From contig CBDCDA010000001.1 of NCBI GenBank assembly GCA_965215335.1, positions 704,001 through 768,000 on the forward strand: a DNA stretch of 64,000 bases, written 5' to 3'. Source of the stretch: an uncultured Candidatus Entotheonella sp. (GTDB lineage: Bacteria > Tectomicrobia > Entotheonellia > Entotheonellales > Entotheonellaceae). The position numbers and the translations under genes are program-made. The number at the start of each line of letters is the position of its first letter. Position 1 is the stretch's first letter. Positions 39,320 to 50,531 of this stretch are shown here, piece by piece. The notes under the pieces are model-generated. The model was not told the origin of the DNA. It did not search any database and saw only the letters and a list, made by a program, of their open reading frames with translations.

Positions 39320-39769
39320 GTGTTAGTGGGCGAATACGATCTCAGCCTAGACGAAAAAGGCCGTTTGAGCGTACCCGCGGGACTGCGTCATATCCTGCAC
39401 GAGCTCTACGGTCCCGAGGACGGAAGCCTCCTGTTCATTACCAGGTATTTCGAGAACTGCCTGGTCGTCTACCCCAAGCCCGTTTGGATGGACATTCAGG
39501 AACAGGTGAACGATCTGCCGAACGATGCCAAGGCTCGCTCTTTCACACGCAGCTTTTATTCCAGCGCCTCCATGTTGAACCTGGACCGGCAGGGGCGCAT
39601 GCTGATCCCGCAGAAGTTGCGGCAATGCGCTGGCATCGGTTCCGATGCTCACATGGTCGGGGTCGGAAGAAAACTCGAATTGTGGTCCCCGACCCGTTGG
39701 GAGGCTTACGAAGCAAGTCAGCCGACCGATTTCGAGTCTCACGAACAAATCGCTGCTCTCAAGCTGTGA
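39320..39769 (+). CDS. mraZ: transcriptional regulator MraZ
   Basis: LDEKGRLSVP, LDRQGRMLIP, LELW. Confidence 0.93.
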   Translation: MLVGEYDLSLDEKGRLSVPAGLRHILHELYGPEDGSLLFITRYFENCLVVYPKPVWMDIQEQVNDLPNDAKARSFTRSFYSSASMLNLDRQGRMLIPQKLRQCAGIGSDAHMVGVGRKLELWSPTRWEAYEASQPTDFESHEQIAALKL

Positions 39770-39779
39770 GGCAACCCTG

Positions 39780-40739
39780 GTGAACGCCACGCCATCCGTC
39801 AAACATTGCGCTGTCATGAAGCAGGAGGTGCTCAGCCATTTGCTAAGCCCTGGTCCAGCCGTTTATGTGGACTGCACCTTGGGCAGCGGCGGGCATAGCC
39901 GCGCTTTGTTGGCGGCGAGTGAGGCGTCAAGCATGGTAATCGGCATCGACCGCGATCAAGATTGCATCGCTTCAGCGCGTGACTGGGGACAGCCGTGGCG
40001 TCAGCGGTTGCTGACGCGACACGGCAGTTTTCGTGATCTTGGAGAGATCTTGCAGACGTATGGGCACCCGCGTGTCGACGGCATCCTCTTCGACCTCGGG
40101 GTATCGTCGCATCAGTTGGACACGCCCTCGCGCGGTTTCAGCTTTCGCCAAGACGGTCCTCTCGACATGCGCATGGATACCCGGCAGGAGGCCACCGCCA
40201 GCACCCTGGTGAATCAGGCTTCCAGCGAGCAGTTACGAACCATCTTCCGCACGCTGGGCCAGGAACGCTGGGCCGGACGAATTGCCAAGGCCATCGTGAA
40301 TGCGCGTGACCACTCAGCCATCACGCGCACGCGTCATTTGGCCGACCTCATTGCTCAAACCATCCCGCGAGCCGCCTGGCCACCCCGCATTCATCCCGCG
40401 ACGCGTGTCTTTCAGGCCCTCCGCATGGCGGTGAATCACGAACTGCCGGCTCTGGCCAGCGCCTTGCCACAAGCCGTAGTGGCGCTGCGCAGTGGCGGCC
40501 GCCTCGGCGTCATCGCCTTTCATTCTCTGGAAGACCGGCAGGTCAAGACGTTTTTTCACCAGCAGGCGCGGGGCTGCCAGTGTCCGCCGCGTCTTCCCCA
40601 ATGCCGCTGTGGCCAACGACCGCAGTTGAAAATCCTGACGCGCAAACCGCTCGTTCCCCGGCCTGAAGAGCAGGCATCCAACCCGCGCAGCCGGAGCGCG
40701 CGATTTCGAGCTGCGGAAAAACTGGACATCGAGAACTAG
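39780..40739 (+). CDS. rsmH: 16S rRNA m4C1402 methyltransferase
   Basis: DCTLGSGGHS, DLGVSSHQLD..RGFSF, PLDMRMD, HPATRVFQALR, FHSLEDR, NPRSRSA. Confidence 0.95.
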   Translation: MNATPSVKHCAVMKQEVLSHLLSPGPAVYVDCTLGSGGHSRALLAASEASSMVIGIDRDQDCIASARDWGQPWRQRLLTRHGSFRDLGEILQTYGHPRVDGILFDLGVSSHQLDTPSRGFSFRQDGPLDMRMDTRQEATASTLVNQASSEQLRTIFRTLGQERWAGRIAKAIVNARDHSAITRTRHLADLIAQTIPRAAWPPRIHPATRVFQALRMAVNHELPALASALPQAVVALRSGGRLGVIAFHSLEDRQVKTFFHQQARGCQCPPRLPQCRCGQRPQLKILTRKPLVPRPEEQASNPRSRSARFRAAEKLDIEN

Positions 40740-40742
40740 ACC

Positions 40743-41120
40743 ATGAAAAGCCAACAACAGCAGGCCTCAGACACGGTACGACGACAGCGCCGGGAGCGCA
40801 TGATGGGCAAGCCGGCGATCTTCGCCCTGTTTTGTTGTACCGTTGCGATACTAGGCGGCATTTTGATCTACCTCTGGCCGCAGATGCGGCTTGTAAACAT
40901 GGGCTATCACGAAGGCGTTCTTCAAAAACGGCTCGTAGAAGCCCTGCAGCGCCAAGAGGAGTTGCGCCTGGAACTCGTCTCGCTGAGTCAGCTATCTCGT
41001 ATTGAAGAGATCGCCACCAGATTTCTTGGTTTGCGAACCCCTCAGAGCACGCAGATCATTTACGTGCGTTCGCAGCCCGACCCCCAGCACGACCTCCAAA
41101 CCGTAACGAGGGAACCATGA
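40743..41120 (+). CDS. ftsL: cell division protein FtsL
   Basis: Single TM plus coiled coil, RIEEIA; position between rsmH and ftsI. Confidence 0.75.
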   Translation: MKSQQQQASDTVRRQRRERMMGKPAIFALFCCTVAILGGILIYLWPQMRLVNMGYHEGVLQKRLVEALQRQEELRLELVSLSQLSRIEEIATRFLGLRTPQSTQIIYVRSQPDPQHDLQTVTREP

Positions 41121-42877
41121 GGCGAGTCAGGCATTTCACAAGTTATAGCCGCCCACGACTGCATCTCGTCGTGGGGATTTTCGGGCTCGGCTTCTTGGCG
41201 ATACTGGTACGGTTGACCGTTGTCCAGGTTGGGCAATACGCCTACTGGCGCGATTCGGCGGAAGCGCAGTATGGACGTCGGATCACCGTATCGCCCGTTC
41301 GGGGCAGCATTTATGACCGGCGCAATAATGTCCTGGCCACCAGTATTCCTGCCCCCTCCGTTTATGCAGTGCCACGAGAAGTCAGACAACCCGGTGTCAT
41401 GGCACAAAAGATTGCCGGCATCTTTCCTTCCCTCTCTCAAAGCCGCCTTGAGCGGCAACTCACCTCCAAGGCTTCCTTTGTCTGGTTGGCGCGTCAGGTG
41501 TCTCCGGAAGAGGCATCGACATTGGAAGCCCTGAAGCTCCCCGGCATCCGTATCAAGAAGGAAACGCGCCGGATTTACCCCAGGGGCGTCATGGCGGGCC
41601 CCACGATAGGCTATGCCGGAGTCGACGAGCAAGGTCTGGGGGGCCTGGAATATCAATACGATGAGGTATTGTCGGCACAGCCATTGCGTACCCGTGGAAC
41701 ACGGGATGCGCGTGGCCGGACCGTGCGCCTCGCCCAAGACGTCCATGCGGGGCCGCCGCGCGGAGCGGACCTTCACCTGACACTTGACATGCGGTTGCAG
41801 CACATCGCGGAGAAGGAACTTGCCCGGCAGGCGAGGGCCATAGACGCCCGCAGCGGCCTGGTCGTTGTCATGGACCCGTACACAGGCGGCATCCTCGCCT
41901 TGGCCTCCTATCCCTTCTTCAACCCGAACGATTATCGAAACAAAGAACAACGCCCTTGGCGGCGCAACCGGGCCATCACTGACCCAGTAGAGCCAGGCTC
42001 CACTTTCAAGGTTGTTGCGACGGCAGTGGCGTTGGAGGAGAAAACCGTTGATCTGGAAGAGGTTTTCTTCTGCGAAAAGGGCCGGACGATGCGAAACAAC
42101 CGCGTGCTGCGCGATCATGAGCCATTTGAGTTCCTCACCTTTCCGGAGGTGATCGAAAACTCGAGCAACATCTGCATGGCCAAAATAAATGAACGGATCG
42201 GCTCCGAGCAGTTCTACGAGTACATCAGGCGCTTCGGGTTCGGCGAGAAATCCCTCATTGACCTGCCGGGTGAGCACCCCGGCGGGATTCGTCGCCCGGA
42301 GGACTGGTCGGCCCTGTCGCACGATTCGCTGACGATTGGACAGGAAATCACCGTGACGCCGGTGCAATTGGTCGCTGCCTTTTCCGCCATCGCCAACGGC
42401 GGCTGGCTGTTGCGGCCGCGACTTGTTGACCGCATGGTCAGGGGCGACCTGGAGCAGGCGTTCAAGCCCGAGCGCCGCCATCGTGTCCTGTCGCAGCAAA
42501 CGACGAACCGTCTCACCTCGATTCTGGTCGGTGTCGTTGAGCGGGGCACGGGTGCCCAAGCCGCCTTGGGCGGCTACCTGGTGGCCGGCAAGTCCGGCAC
42601 CGCACAAAAGGCCGAAAACGGTCGCTACAGCCGAAGCAAGGTTACCGCTTCTTTTATCGGCTACGCCCCGGCTGAGGCGCCGCGATTCGTAATGCTCGTC
42701 ATGTTCGATGAACCGGAGAAAAAACGATGGGGCGGCTCGGCAGCTGCGCCTGTGTTCCGCCGCATTGCGGAACAGGCGTTGCACCATTTGCAGGTTCCGC
42801 CTGGCAGGGTCCGTCCGGAGACCGAAGACACTTACGTCGCCAACCGCACAGAAGAGCTGAGCCTGGCGGAGCGGTAA
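41117..42877 (+). CDS. ftsI: peptidoglycan transpeptidase PBP3
   Basis: RGSIYDR, RIYPRG, EPGSTFK, SSN, GKSGTAQ. Confidence 0.93.
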   Translation: MRRVRHFTSYSRPRLHLVVGIFGLGFLAILVRLTVVQVGQYAYWRDSAEAQYGRRITVSPVRGSIYDRRNNVLATSIPAPSVYAVPREVRQPGVMAQKIAGIFPSLSQSRLERQLTSKASFVWLARQVSPEEASTLEALKLPGIRIKKETRRIYPRGVMAGPTIGYAGVDEQGLGGLEYQYDEVLSAQPLRTRGTRDARGRTVRLAQDVHAGPPRGADLHLTLDMRLQHIAEKELARQARAIDARSGLVVVMDPYTGGILALASYPFFNPNDYRNKEQRPWRRNRAITDPVEPGSTFKVVATAVALEEKTVDLEEVFFCEKGRTMRNNRVLRDHEPFEFLTFPEVIENSSNICMAKINERIGSEQFYEYIRRFGFGEKSLIDLPGEHPGGIRRPEDWSALSHDSLTIGQEITVTPVQLVAAFSAIANGGWLLRPRLVDRMVRGDLEQAFKPERRHRVLSQQTTNRLTSILVGVVERGTGAQAALGGYLVAGKSGTAQKAENGRYSRSKVTASFIGYAPAEAPRFVMLVMFDEPEKKRWGGSAAAPVFRRIAEQALHHLQVPPGRVRPETEDTYVANRTEELSLAER

Positions 42878-42888
42878 GAGGTTGGCGA

Positions 42889-44418
42889 ATGGGCACACGA
42901 CGGCACAAACCGCAGACGGGGAGCAACACGGTTTTGGAAACGAGTCGTGATCTGGCAACCCTTCTATCCGGGCTTCCGTGCGAGCTCCTGACGGGCAGCG
43001 CGCATTGCCCGGTCGAGCACCTTGTAACGGACTCGCGCCAGGTGCAGCGGGACACTCTGTTTACCGCCCTGAGAGGGGGGCGTACGGACGGGCACCTCTT
43101 TCTCACCGAAGCGCTCGACAGGGGCGCCAGCGTGCTGGTCGTTGAGGAATTGCCCGCCACGCTGTGGCCCAGGGTACAGGCGGAAGGCCAGACGGTCATT
43201 CGAGTACCGGATTGCCGCCAGGCGGTAGCGATGCTGGCCAGCGCCTATCACCAGCACCCAGCGCACCAGTTGTCCCTGATCGGCATTACCGGAACAAACG
43301 GCAAAACCACCACGGCCTACATCGTCGAAGCGATCCTGCAAGCCGCCGGGGAGTCCGTCGGCATGCTTGGCACGGTGGCTTATCACATCGGGACGCAGCG
43401 CTTGCCGGCGACACAGACCACCCCCGATGCCCCATTGCTGCACGACCTGCTGTCTCAAATGGTCGCTGCGGGCACCCGTTATGCGGTGATGGAAGTTTCA
43501 AGCCATGCCCTGACACAAGAGCGCGTACGGGGCTGTCCTTTTGTAGCGGCCGCATTTACCAATTTGAGTCGTGATCATTTTGATTATCACGGTTCCGAAG
43601 CAGCCTACTTCAACGCGAAGGCGCGGCTGTTCCGGGACCTCGAAGCGGAGTGGCACGTCCTGAATCTCGACGATCCATACGGACGTGCGCTCCTCCGGAC
43701 GTCCCACGCCCGTCCACTGACCTATGGCCTCGCCAGTTCTACCCACCTAAAGCCCCATGCTGTCCACCATGGCCTCGACGGGATTCGCTTCGTTTTACCG
43801 ACTTCCGAGGGGCCTCTCACCCTGAGTTCTACCCTCGTGGGACGTCACAACATATACAACCTGCTCGCCGGCATCGGCATCGCGCAGGCTTTGGGTGTAG
43901 ACGCGGCGGCGATTCGACAAGGCGTCACACACCTCCGCAAGGTGCCCGGCCGATTGGAGCGCGTCGCCTGCGGACAAGATGTGACCGTGTTTGTGGATTA
44001 CGCGCATACCCCGGCGGCATTGGAGCAGGTTTTGCGCCTGGTGCGGGCCGACACCGTCGGCCGCTTGATCACCGTCTTTGGATGCGGCGGCGATCGCGAC
44101 CCCGGCAAACGCCCGCTCATGGGCCAGGCCGCAACCGCCATCAGCGATTACACGATCATTACCTCGGACAATCCCCGAACCGAAGAGCCCCAACGCATCA
44201 TCGACGACATCGTCGCCGGTCTGACCGTACCTTCGTCCCGCCATACCGCTATCCTCGACCGCCGCCAGGCCATTGAACAGGCAGTTGCCATGTCACGGGC
44301 GCAGGATACCATTGTCATCGCCGGCAAAGGTCACGAGGATTACCAGATCATTGGTCGGCAACGTTGCCACTTCGATGACCGGGAAGTGACACGCGCAGCC
44401 TTTCACAGGATAAAGTGA
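42889..44418 (+). CDS. murE: UDP-MurNAc-tripeptide ligase (meso-DAP type)
   Basis: GITGTNGKTT, TTPDA, MEVSSHAL, DYAHTP, SDNPR, AGKGHE; start uncertain. Confidence 0.95.
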   Translation: MGTRRHKPQTGSNTVLETSRDLATLLSGLPCELLTGSAHCPVEHLVTDSRQVQRDTLFTALRGGRTDGHLFLTEALDRGASVLVVEELPATLWPRVQAEGQTVIRVPDCRQAVAMLASAYHQHPAHQLSLIGITGTNGKTTTAYIVEAILQAAGESVGMLGTVAYHIGTQRLPATQTTPDAPLLHDLLSQMVAAGTRYAVMEVSSHALTQERVRGCPFVAAAFTNLSRDHFDYHGSEAAYFNAKARLFRDLEAEWHVLNLDDPYGRALLRTSHARPLTYGLASSTHLKPHAVHHGLDGIRFVLPTSEGPLTLSSTLVGRHNIYNLLAGIGIAQALGVDAAAIRQGVTHLRKVPGRLERVACGQDVTVFVDYAHTPAALEQVLRLVRADTVGRLITVFGCGGDRDPGKRPLMGQAATAISDYTIITSDNPRTEEPQRIIDDIVAGLTVPSSRHTAILDRRQAIEQAVAMSRAQDTIVIAGKGHEDYQIIGRQRCHFDDREVTRAAFHRIK

Positions 44419-45839
44419 TCGCTATGCCGACATGGCGTGTTGCCGACCTCGCGCACTGGGCACATGGCGCGCTCCTCCGCGGTGACGAACGGCAAGAGGT
44501 GTGCGGCGTCAGCACCGATTCCCGCACGGTGGAGGCCGGCAACGTGTTCGTTGCGCTGCGCGGGGAGCGCTTCGACGGGCATGGCTTCGTGCCCGACGCC
44601 ATACAACGGGGCGCCACCGGCGTCGTGGTTTCCGACACGGCCTGCGTCAATGAAGCCGTGCTGAACGAAAGCGGAGCGGTTCCGGCCGTGGTCCGTGTCG
44701 CGGATACGGAAAAGGCGCTGCAGGACCTTGCCCTCGCCCACCGCCAACGGTTTCGGGGCTCGGTGGTGGCCGTGACCGGCAGCAACGGCAAAACGACCGT
44801 CAAGGAAATGATCGCCAGCGTTCTGCAGACCTGGTTTTCCGTCCACAAAGCAAGCGGCAATCTGAATAACCACATCGGGGTACCTCTCGCCGTGCTGGGT
44901 CTGGACGTACTGAAACGCGCCCTGGTGCTCGAACTTGGCATGAACCATTCGGGCGAAATCAGTCGTCTATGTGAAATCGCCCGGCCGGATGTTGGTGTAA
45001 TCACGAATATCGGCCTGGCGCACCTCGGCTGTCTGGGATCCGTTGAAGCTATTCAGCGAGCCAAAGGCGAGCTGACGGCGTCGCTGGATACGTCGGGAGT
45101 GGCGATTGTCAATGCCGACGACCCGATGGCCCTGGCCTTGGGACAACAATCGGCGGGACGCTTGATAACCTTTGGACAAACGCGGCACGCTGGCGTGCGT
45201 GGATGGGTGCAAGAGGACCTGGGGCTTGCCGGCACGCAGTGTTGTGTGGTTCTGGACGGCGTAACGCACGAATTCAGGCTGCACGTACCGGGGGCGCATC
45301 AGGTTATGAACGCGCTGGCGGCGGCGGCCGTCGGCATGGCCTTTGAGGTGCCGGCGGAGCGCATCGTCCGGGGTCTACAACATTATCGAGGCGTTCACGG
45401 ACGCCTGGCCATGCGCCGCGGACAGGAGGACGTGTGGCTAATCGACGATACCTACAATGCCAATCCGCAATCCATGCAGGTCGCCTTGCACTTTCTCGCC
45501 GGAATTCCCGGTGCCGGGCGTCACATCGCGGTGCTGGGCGACATGCTGGAACTCGGAGAGAGCGGCCCGGCATTGCACCGGGAGGTCGGCGCCATGGTCT
45601 CGCAAACCCACGTACATACCCTGATCGCCCTGGGCCCCGCGGCTGAACACATCGCCCGTGGCGCTCATCAGGCCGGGATGGAGCGCGACCGCATCCATCA
45701 CGCCACCAGCCAGCAAGAAGCCTTGGGCCTGCTGGCCGAACTGATGCAACCCCAAGACGTCGTACTGCTCAAAGGATCGCGTGGCATGGCAATGGAGCAT
45801 CTCGTTGAAGCCCTTGTTGCAAACCCGGGAGCGCCTTGA
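44415..45839 (+). CDS. murF: UDP-MurNAc-pentapeptide ligase
   Basis: [44 protein letters not shown]. Confidence 0.95.
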   Translation: MIAMPTWRVADLAHWAHGALLRGDERQEVCGVSTDSRTVEAGNVFVALRGERFDGHGFVPDAIQRGATGVVVSDTACVNEAVLNESGAVPAVVRVADTEKALQDLALAHRQRFRGSVVAVTGSNGKTTVKEMIASVLQTWFSVHKASGNLNNHIGVPLAVLGLDVLKRALVLELGMNHSGEISRLCEIARPDVGVITNIGLAHLGCLGSVEAIQRAKGELTASLDTSGVAIVNADDPMALALGQQSAGRLITFGQTRHAGVRGWVQEDLGLAGTQCCVVLDGVTHEFRLHVPGAHQVMNALAAAAVGMAFEVPAERIVRGLQHYRGVHGRLAMRRGQEDVWLIDDTYNANPQSMQVALHFLAGIPGAGRHIAVLGDMLELGESGPALHREVGAMVSQTHVHTLIALGPAAEHIARGAHQAGMERDRIHHATSQQEALGLLAELMQPQDVVLLKGSRGMAMEHLVEALVANPGAP

Positions 45840-46924
45840 TGTTCTACCATGTCCTGTACCCGCTGCATCAAACCTTCTCCGCTTTTAATGTCTTCCGCTA
45901 CATCACCTTTCGCACCGCCTACGCCATCATGACCGCGCTGATCATCAGTTGGCTGATAGGCCCGTATGTCATCCGGCTGTTGCGCAGCCTTCAAGTGGGG
46001 CAGGTCGTGCGTGACGATGGCCCGCGGTCTCACCTCGGCAAGGCTGGGACCCCGACGATGGGCGGCGTGCTTCTCCTTGCCGCCCTTGGCGTGTCGACAC
46101 TGCTATGGGGCAACCTGGGAAAGCCATACGTCTGGTTGGTGCTGGGCACGACTTTGTGCTTTGGCGCTATCGGTTTCTGGGATGATTACCTGAAAACAAC
46201 ATGGAAAAGTCCCACCGGTCTGCGGGCGAAATACAAATTCGGCGCGGAAATCATCGTGGCAGGCGTGATGGTCGTACTCCTCCTGCTCATTGCGGACGAC
46301 AGCAGCGGCGTGACGCGCCTGAGCGTACCGTTCTTCAAGGACTTCGCGCCCGATCTTGGCTGGTGGTACGTCCCATTTGCCATCCTGGTTATCGTTGGCA
46401 CCAGCAACGCCGTCAACCTCACCGACGGCTTGGACGGCCTGGCCATCGGGCCCGTGATTATTGCCACCCTCGCCTATACGGGTCTTTCCTATGTAGCGGG
46501 AAATGCGCGTTTTGCCGAATACCTGAATATCCTTCACGTCCCCGGTGCTGGCGAGGTTGCCGTATTTTGCGGTTCCCTGCTGGGTGCCAGCCTGGGATTC
46601 CTGTGGTTCAATTCCTATCCCGCCCAGGTTTTCATGGGTGACGTGGGCTCTTTATCTCTTGGCGGCGCCTTGGGAACGATCGCGGTACTGGCCAAACACG
46701 AACTCCTCTTGATGATCATTGGCGGCCTGTTTGTCATTGAGACCCTATCGGTCATCGTGCAAGTGGCGTCGTTCAAGCTGACGGGGAAGCGTGTGTTCCG
46801 CATGGCTCCCTTGCACCACCACTTTGAAGAAAAGGGATGGCAGGAACCAAAAGTCATCGTCCGATTCTGGATCATCGCCATCACCCTGGCCCTGCTCAGT
46901 CTCAGCACCCTGAAACTCCGGTAA
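45836..46924 (+). CDS. mraY: phospho-MurNAc-pentapeptide transferase
   Basis: [37 protein letters not shown]. Confidence 0.97.
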   Translation: MMFYHVLYPLHQTFSAFNVFRYITFRTAYAIMTALIISWLIGPYVIRLLRSLQVGQVVRDDGPRSHLGKAGTPTMGGVLLLAALGVSTLLWGNLGKPYVWLVLGTTLCFGAIGFWDDYLKTTWKSPTGLRAKYKFGAEIIVAGVMVVLLLLIADDSSGVTRLSVPFFKDFAPDLGWWYVPFAILVIVGTSNAVNLTDGLDGLAIGPVIIATLAYTGLSYVAGNARFAEYLNILHVPGAGEVAVFCGSLLGASLGFLWFNSYPAQVFMGDVGSLSLGGALGTIAVLAKHELLLMIIGGLFVIETLSVIVQVASFKLTGKRVFRMAPLHHHFEEKGWQEPKVIVRFWIIAITLALLSLSTLKLR

Positions 46925-46931
46925 GCCATCG

Positions 46932-48020
46932 ATGTTTTCAGCACGACGCACCGACCTGCCCCTGCTCGTCGTGACCCTCGTCTTGGTCACGATCGGCCTG
47001 GGAATGCTTTACAGCACAAGCGCCATCATGGCGCAGGACCGTCATGACGATTCCCTATACTTCCTGAAGCGCCAGTTGATGTGGTCCGGCCTGGGGCTGC
47101 TGGCAATGTGGCTGGCGGCTTCGGTCCCGTATTCGGCGCAACGGCGCTTGGCGCTGCCGGCCATGGGCTTTGCGCTGCTGTTGTTGGTCGTTGTTTTGGT
47201 GGCTGGCAAGAACGTTGGCGGCGCGCAACGCTGGCTGGCCCTCGGTCCCTTCTCCTTTCAGCCCTCGGAACTCGCCAAGTACGTCCTGATCATGTACGTG
47301 GCCCGCGTTTTAGCGGCCAATGCACACCGTCCGGAGAGTCTTGTTCATACTTACCTTCCCAATGTCATCATGATGGGCATCGTCTTTGGCCTGGTCATGC
47401 TGCAGCCGGATCTGGGTACCGCGGTGGTTCTGGTGGCGTCCGCCGGTTTGATACTGCTTATCGCCGGAGTACCAGGGCGATACGTGGCCCTCACGGCCGC
47501 CGGGATGTTGCCGTTCCTCTACCACAAGCTGTTTTTCGCCGGCTACAACCTCGACCGCGTATTGGCCTTCCTACAACCCTGGAAGGACCCGCAGGGTATC
47601 GGCTATCAGATCGTCCAGGCCCACAAGGCACTAGGGAGAGGAGGTTGGGCCGGCGTGGGGCTGGGCCAGAGTCAGCAAAAGCTGTTCTACCTGCCCGAAT
47701 CGCATACCGACTTCATCTTTGCGATTATCGGCGAAGAGTTGGGACTGGTCGGCGCCTTCGTGCTCATCGCGCTGTTTGGCGTGCTGCTATGGCGCACCTT
47801 GACTATCGCCGTCAAATGTAACGAGCCCTTCGGCGTCTATCTGGGACTCGGGATCTTCGTCTCCCTGGCCCTGCAGATCACCATGAATCTGGGAGTGGTT
47901 AGCGGTCTGCTGCCAACCAAGGGCATGCCGCTACCGTTTATCAGTCACGGCGGGTCGAATCTCCTTGTCTCGATGCTTGCCGTGGGCACCATGCTGAACA
48001 TCGCCGGAAGGAAAACGTAA
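46932..48020 (+). CDS. ftsW: SEDS peptidoglycan polymerase FtsW
   Basis: GAQRWL, QPSELAK, QPDLGT, LPESHTDFIF, PTKGMPLPFIS. Confidence 0.95.
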   Translation: MFSARRTDLPLLVVTLVLVTIGLGMLYSTSAIMAQDRHDDSLYFLKRQLMWSGLGLLAMWLAASVPYSAQRRLALPAMGFALLLLVVVLVAGKNVGGAQRWLALGPFSFQPSELAKYVLIMYVARVLAANAHRPESLVHTYLPNVIMMGIVFGLVMLQPDLGTAVVLVASAGLILLIAGVPGRYVALTAAGMLPFLYHKLFFAGYNLDRVLAFLQPWKDPQGIGYQIVQAHKALGRGGWAGVGLGQSQQKLFYLPESHTDFIFAIIGEELGLVGAFVLIALFGVLLWRTLTIAVKCNEPFGVYLGLGIFVSLALQITMNLGVVSGLLPTKGMPLPFISHGGSNLLVSMLAVGTMLNIAGRKT

Positions 48021-49138
48021 TGACGCCCATGTCGGGTCAGCCGGGATGGCGAATTCTGGTAGCTGCTGGCGGAACCGGCGGACATCTCTATCCGGGCATA
48101 GCCGTGGCTCGATGCTTTCAGGCCGCTTGTCCCGGTACCGACATCGCCTTTTTGGGGCGGCGAGGCGGACTGGAGGAGCGCCTGGTGCCGAAAGAAGGTT
48201 TTCCTTTGCACACAGTAGAGGTACAGAGTCTGCAAGGCCGCACGAAACTCGCTCAACTCCGATCCCTGGGGGCTCTGGGTATTGGCACGCTGCAGGCCCT
48301 GCGGCTGTTGCGCCGCTGGCGACCTCACTTGGTTGTCGGGGCCGGCGGCTACGTCATGGCACCTGCCCTGCTCGCCGCGGCGCTGCTGCGCCTGCCACGG
48401 GTCATCATGGAACAGAATCTCGTTCCCGGCCTCACCGTGCGCGTTCTGGCGCGATACGCCCAGCGAGTGTTTACAGCCTTTCCGGAAAGCGGAGATTTTC
48501 TGCCGCAGCCACAGGTTGTGTGCACAGGCACGCCGATCCGCCGGGAAATCATCTCCCAGGCGTCGGATTCGGCACCTGATGACACGACCCGTCTCAACGT
48601 TCTCGTGATGGGCGGCAGCCAGGGCGCCCATCGGCTCAATCAGGCTGTGATGGAGGCTCTGCCCTTGCTAGCGATACACGGCCAGCAGATCGGTTTCGTA
48701 CACCAAACGGGTAAAACCGATCTGCGCCACGTCACCGAGGCATACAAAGGAAATGGTATCACGGCAGAGGTACACGGTTTCCTGCACGACATGCCAGAAC
48801 GCTATCATTGGGCTCATCTTGTGCTGTGCCGGGCCGGTGCCAGCACGCTGGCGGAACTGACGACTTGTGGCAAACCGGCCATCCTGGTGCCTTATCCCCA
48901 TGCCGCCGACGACCATCAACGCCACAACGCCCTGGCATTACGAGGACAAGGCGCGGCGCATGTCATTCTCGATGCGGAGCTGACCGGACAGCGGCTCTAT
49001 GAATGCTTGCGACCCTACATTCTTGATCCGGCAAGCTTGCGCGAGCAGGCAACGCAGAGTCGCCGTCTGGGCCGTCCGCATGCGGCTCGCGATATTGTCA
49101 GCGCGTGCTTGCAAATGCTCGACGCTGCCGCGGCGTGA
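48020..49138 (+). CDS. murG: lipid II GlcNAc transferase
   Basis: GGTGGHLYP, GGSQGA, CRAGASTLAEL, DHQRHNA. Confidence 0.95.
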   Translation: MTPMSGQPGWRILVAAGGTGGHLYPGIAVARCFQAACPGTDIAFLGRRGGLEERLVPKEGFPLHTVEVQSLQGRTKLAQLRSLGALGIGTLQALRLLRRWRPHLVVGAGGYVMAPALLAAALLRLPRVIMEQNLVPGLTVRVLARYAQRVFTAFPESGDFLPQPQVVCTGTPIRREIISQASDSAPDDTTRLNVLVMGGSQGAHRLNQAVMEALPLLAIHGQQIGFVHQTGKTDLRHVTEAYKGNGITAEVHGFLHDMPERYHWAHLVLCRAGASTLAELTTCGKPAILVPYPHAADDHQRHNALALRGQGAAHVILDAELTGQRLYECLRPYILDPASLREQATQSRRLGRPHAARDIVSACLQMLDAAAA

Positions 49139-49141
49139 GAG

Positions 49142-50530
49142 GTGTCTATGCTGGCAGATAAGGTGCGTCACATTCATTTCGTTGGCATCGGCGGTATGGG
49201 CATGAGCGCCATCGCCACCGTCCTGCTACAACTCGGCCACACCATCAGCGGATCAGATATAGCCCTGTCTGACGTAACACGCGGATTGCGGGATGAGGGC
49301 GCCACGGTGTTCCAGGGTCACGCCGCGCCTCATATCTCGGGATGCGACGTTGTGGTGGTTTCCTCCGCCATAGCACCGGACAACGTCGAAGTGACCGCGG
49401 CTCGCTCGCAAGGCATCACGGTGATGCCGCGGGCGGCGATGTTGGCGGAACTGATGCGTCGCCGACAGGGTATTGCCGTTGCCGGTACGCATGGAAAAAC
49501 GACAACGGCGTCCTTGATCGCCACGGTCCTGGAATCTGGAGGTCTGGACCCCACCGTGCTGATCGGGGCGCGACTGAACAGCCTGGGCAGTAACGCGAAA
49601 CTCGGCCAAGGCGACTACGTGGTCGCCGAGGCTGATGAGAGCGACGGGTCATTCCTTTTGTTGCCGCCGGTCATGAATGTTGTTACAACGCTTGACCTGG
49701 AGCATCCTGATCATTATGAGAATCTTGAAAGCATAAGTCGATACTTCAAGCAATTTATGAAAAAAATACCTTATTATGGACTGAATGTAACATGTGCCGA
49801 CAATTCAAACCTAAGAAAAATAATTAGCGACGATAAAATAAAGGCTCGTGTGGTGACCTATGGCTTGAATAATTCTGCTGACTACATGGCCCAAAAAATA
49901 TATGATGCGGCTCTGCAAACCTCTTTCGAGGTTGTCAGGAAAGGCGTGACGTTAGGTCGTTTCATCCTCAACCTTCCAGGACGTCATAACGTCTCCAACG
50001 CTTTGGCAGCGATAATCATAGGCTGCGAGTTAGGGCTATCTACGGCGGTTATTTCAAGTGCTCTCGAAAGTTTTGGCGGCGTGCAGCGACGTTTTGAAAC
50101 GCGCGGCGAGCGCCATGGCGTAACGGTCGTCGACGATTACGGTCATCATCCCGAGGAAATCCGCCACACGCTCCGGACTGCAAAAACGGTGTGGCCGGAC
50201 AAGCGCCTCGTCGTGGTGTTTCAACCGCACCGATACACCCGCACACACCTGTTGCAACGGGAATTCAGCACGGCATTCAGCGATGCCGATACCCTCATCA
50301 TGTTGGACATCTATAGTGCCGGCGAAGAACCTATCCCGGGTGTCACTACCGGCATCTTATACGCAAGTCTCACCGCACACGGACAAAATGGCGTGTACTA
50401 CCTCAGCAATGCAGCTCAGGTGGTGCCGTTTCTGAACGGCTACACACGGGACCACGACGTGCTTTTGACCCTCGGTGCGGGCGACGTATGGAAAATTGCC
50501 GAGGAATTCCTCGGAACGGGAAAGGCATAG
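49142..50530 (+). CDS. murC: UDP-MurNAc-L-alanine ligase
   Basis: GIGGMGMS, GTHGKTTT, EADESDGSF, DDYGHHP, FQPHRYTRT. Confidence 0.96.
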   Translation: MSMLADKVRHIHFVGIGGMGMSAIATVLLQLGHTISGSDIALSDVTRGLRDEGATVFQGHAAPHISGCDVVVVSSAIAPDNVEVTAARSQGITVMPRAAMLAELMRRRQGIAVAGTHGKTTTASLIATVLESGGLDPTVLIGARLNSLGSNAKLGQGDYVVAEADESDGSFLLLPPVMNVVTTLDLEHPDHYENLESISRYFKQFMKKIPYYGLNVTCADNSNLRKIISDDKIKARVVTYGLNNSADYMAQKIYDAALQTSFEVVRKGVTLGRFILNLPGRHNVSNALAAIIIGCELGLSTAVISSALESFGGVQRRFETRGERHGVTVVDDYGHHPEEIRHTLRTAKTVWPDKRLVVVFQPHRYTRTHLLQREFSTAFSDADTLIMLDIYSAGEEPIPGVTTGILYASLTAHGQNGVYYLSNAAQVVPFLNGYTRDHDVLLTLGAGDVWKIAEEFLGTGKA

Positions 50531-50531
50531 G

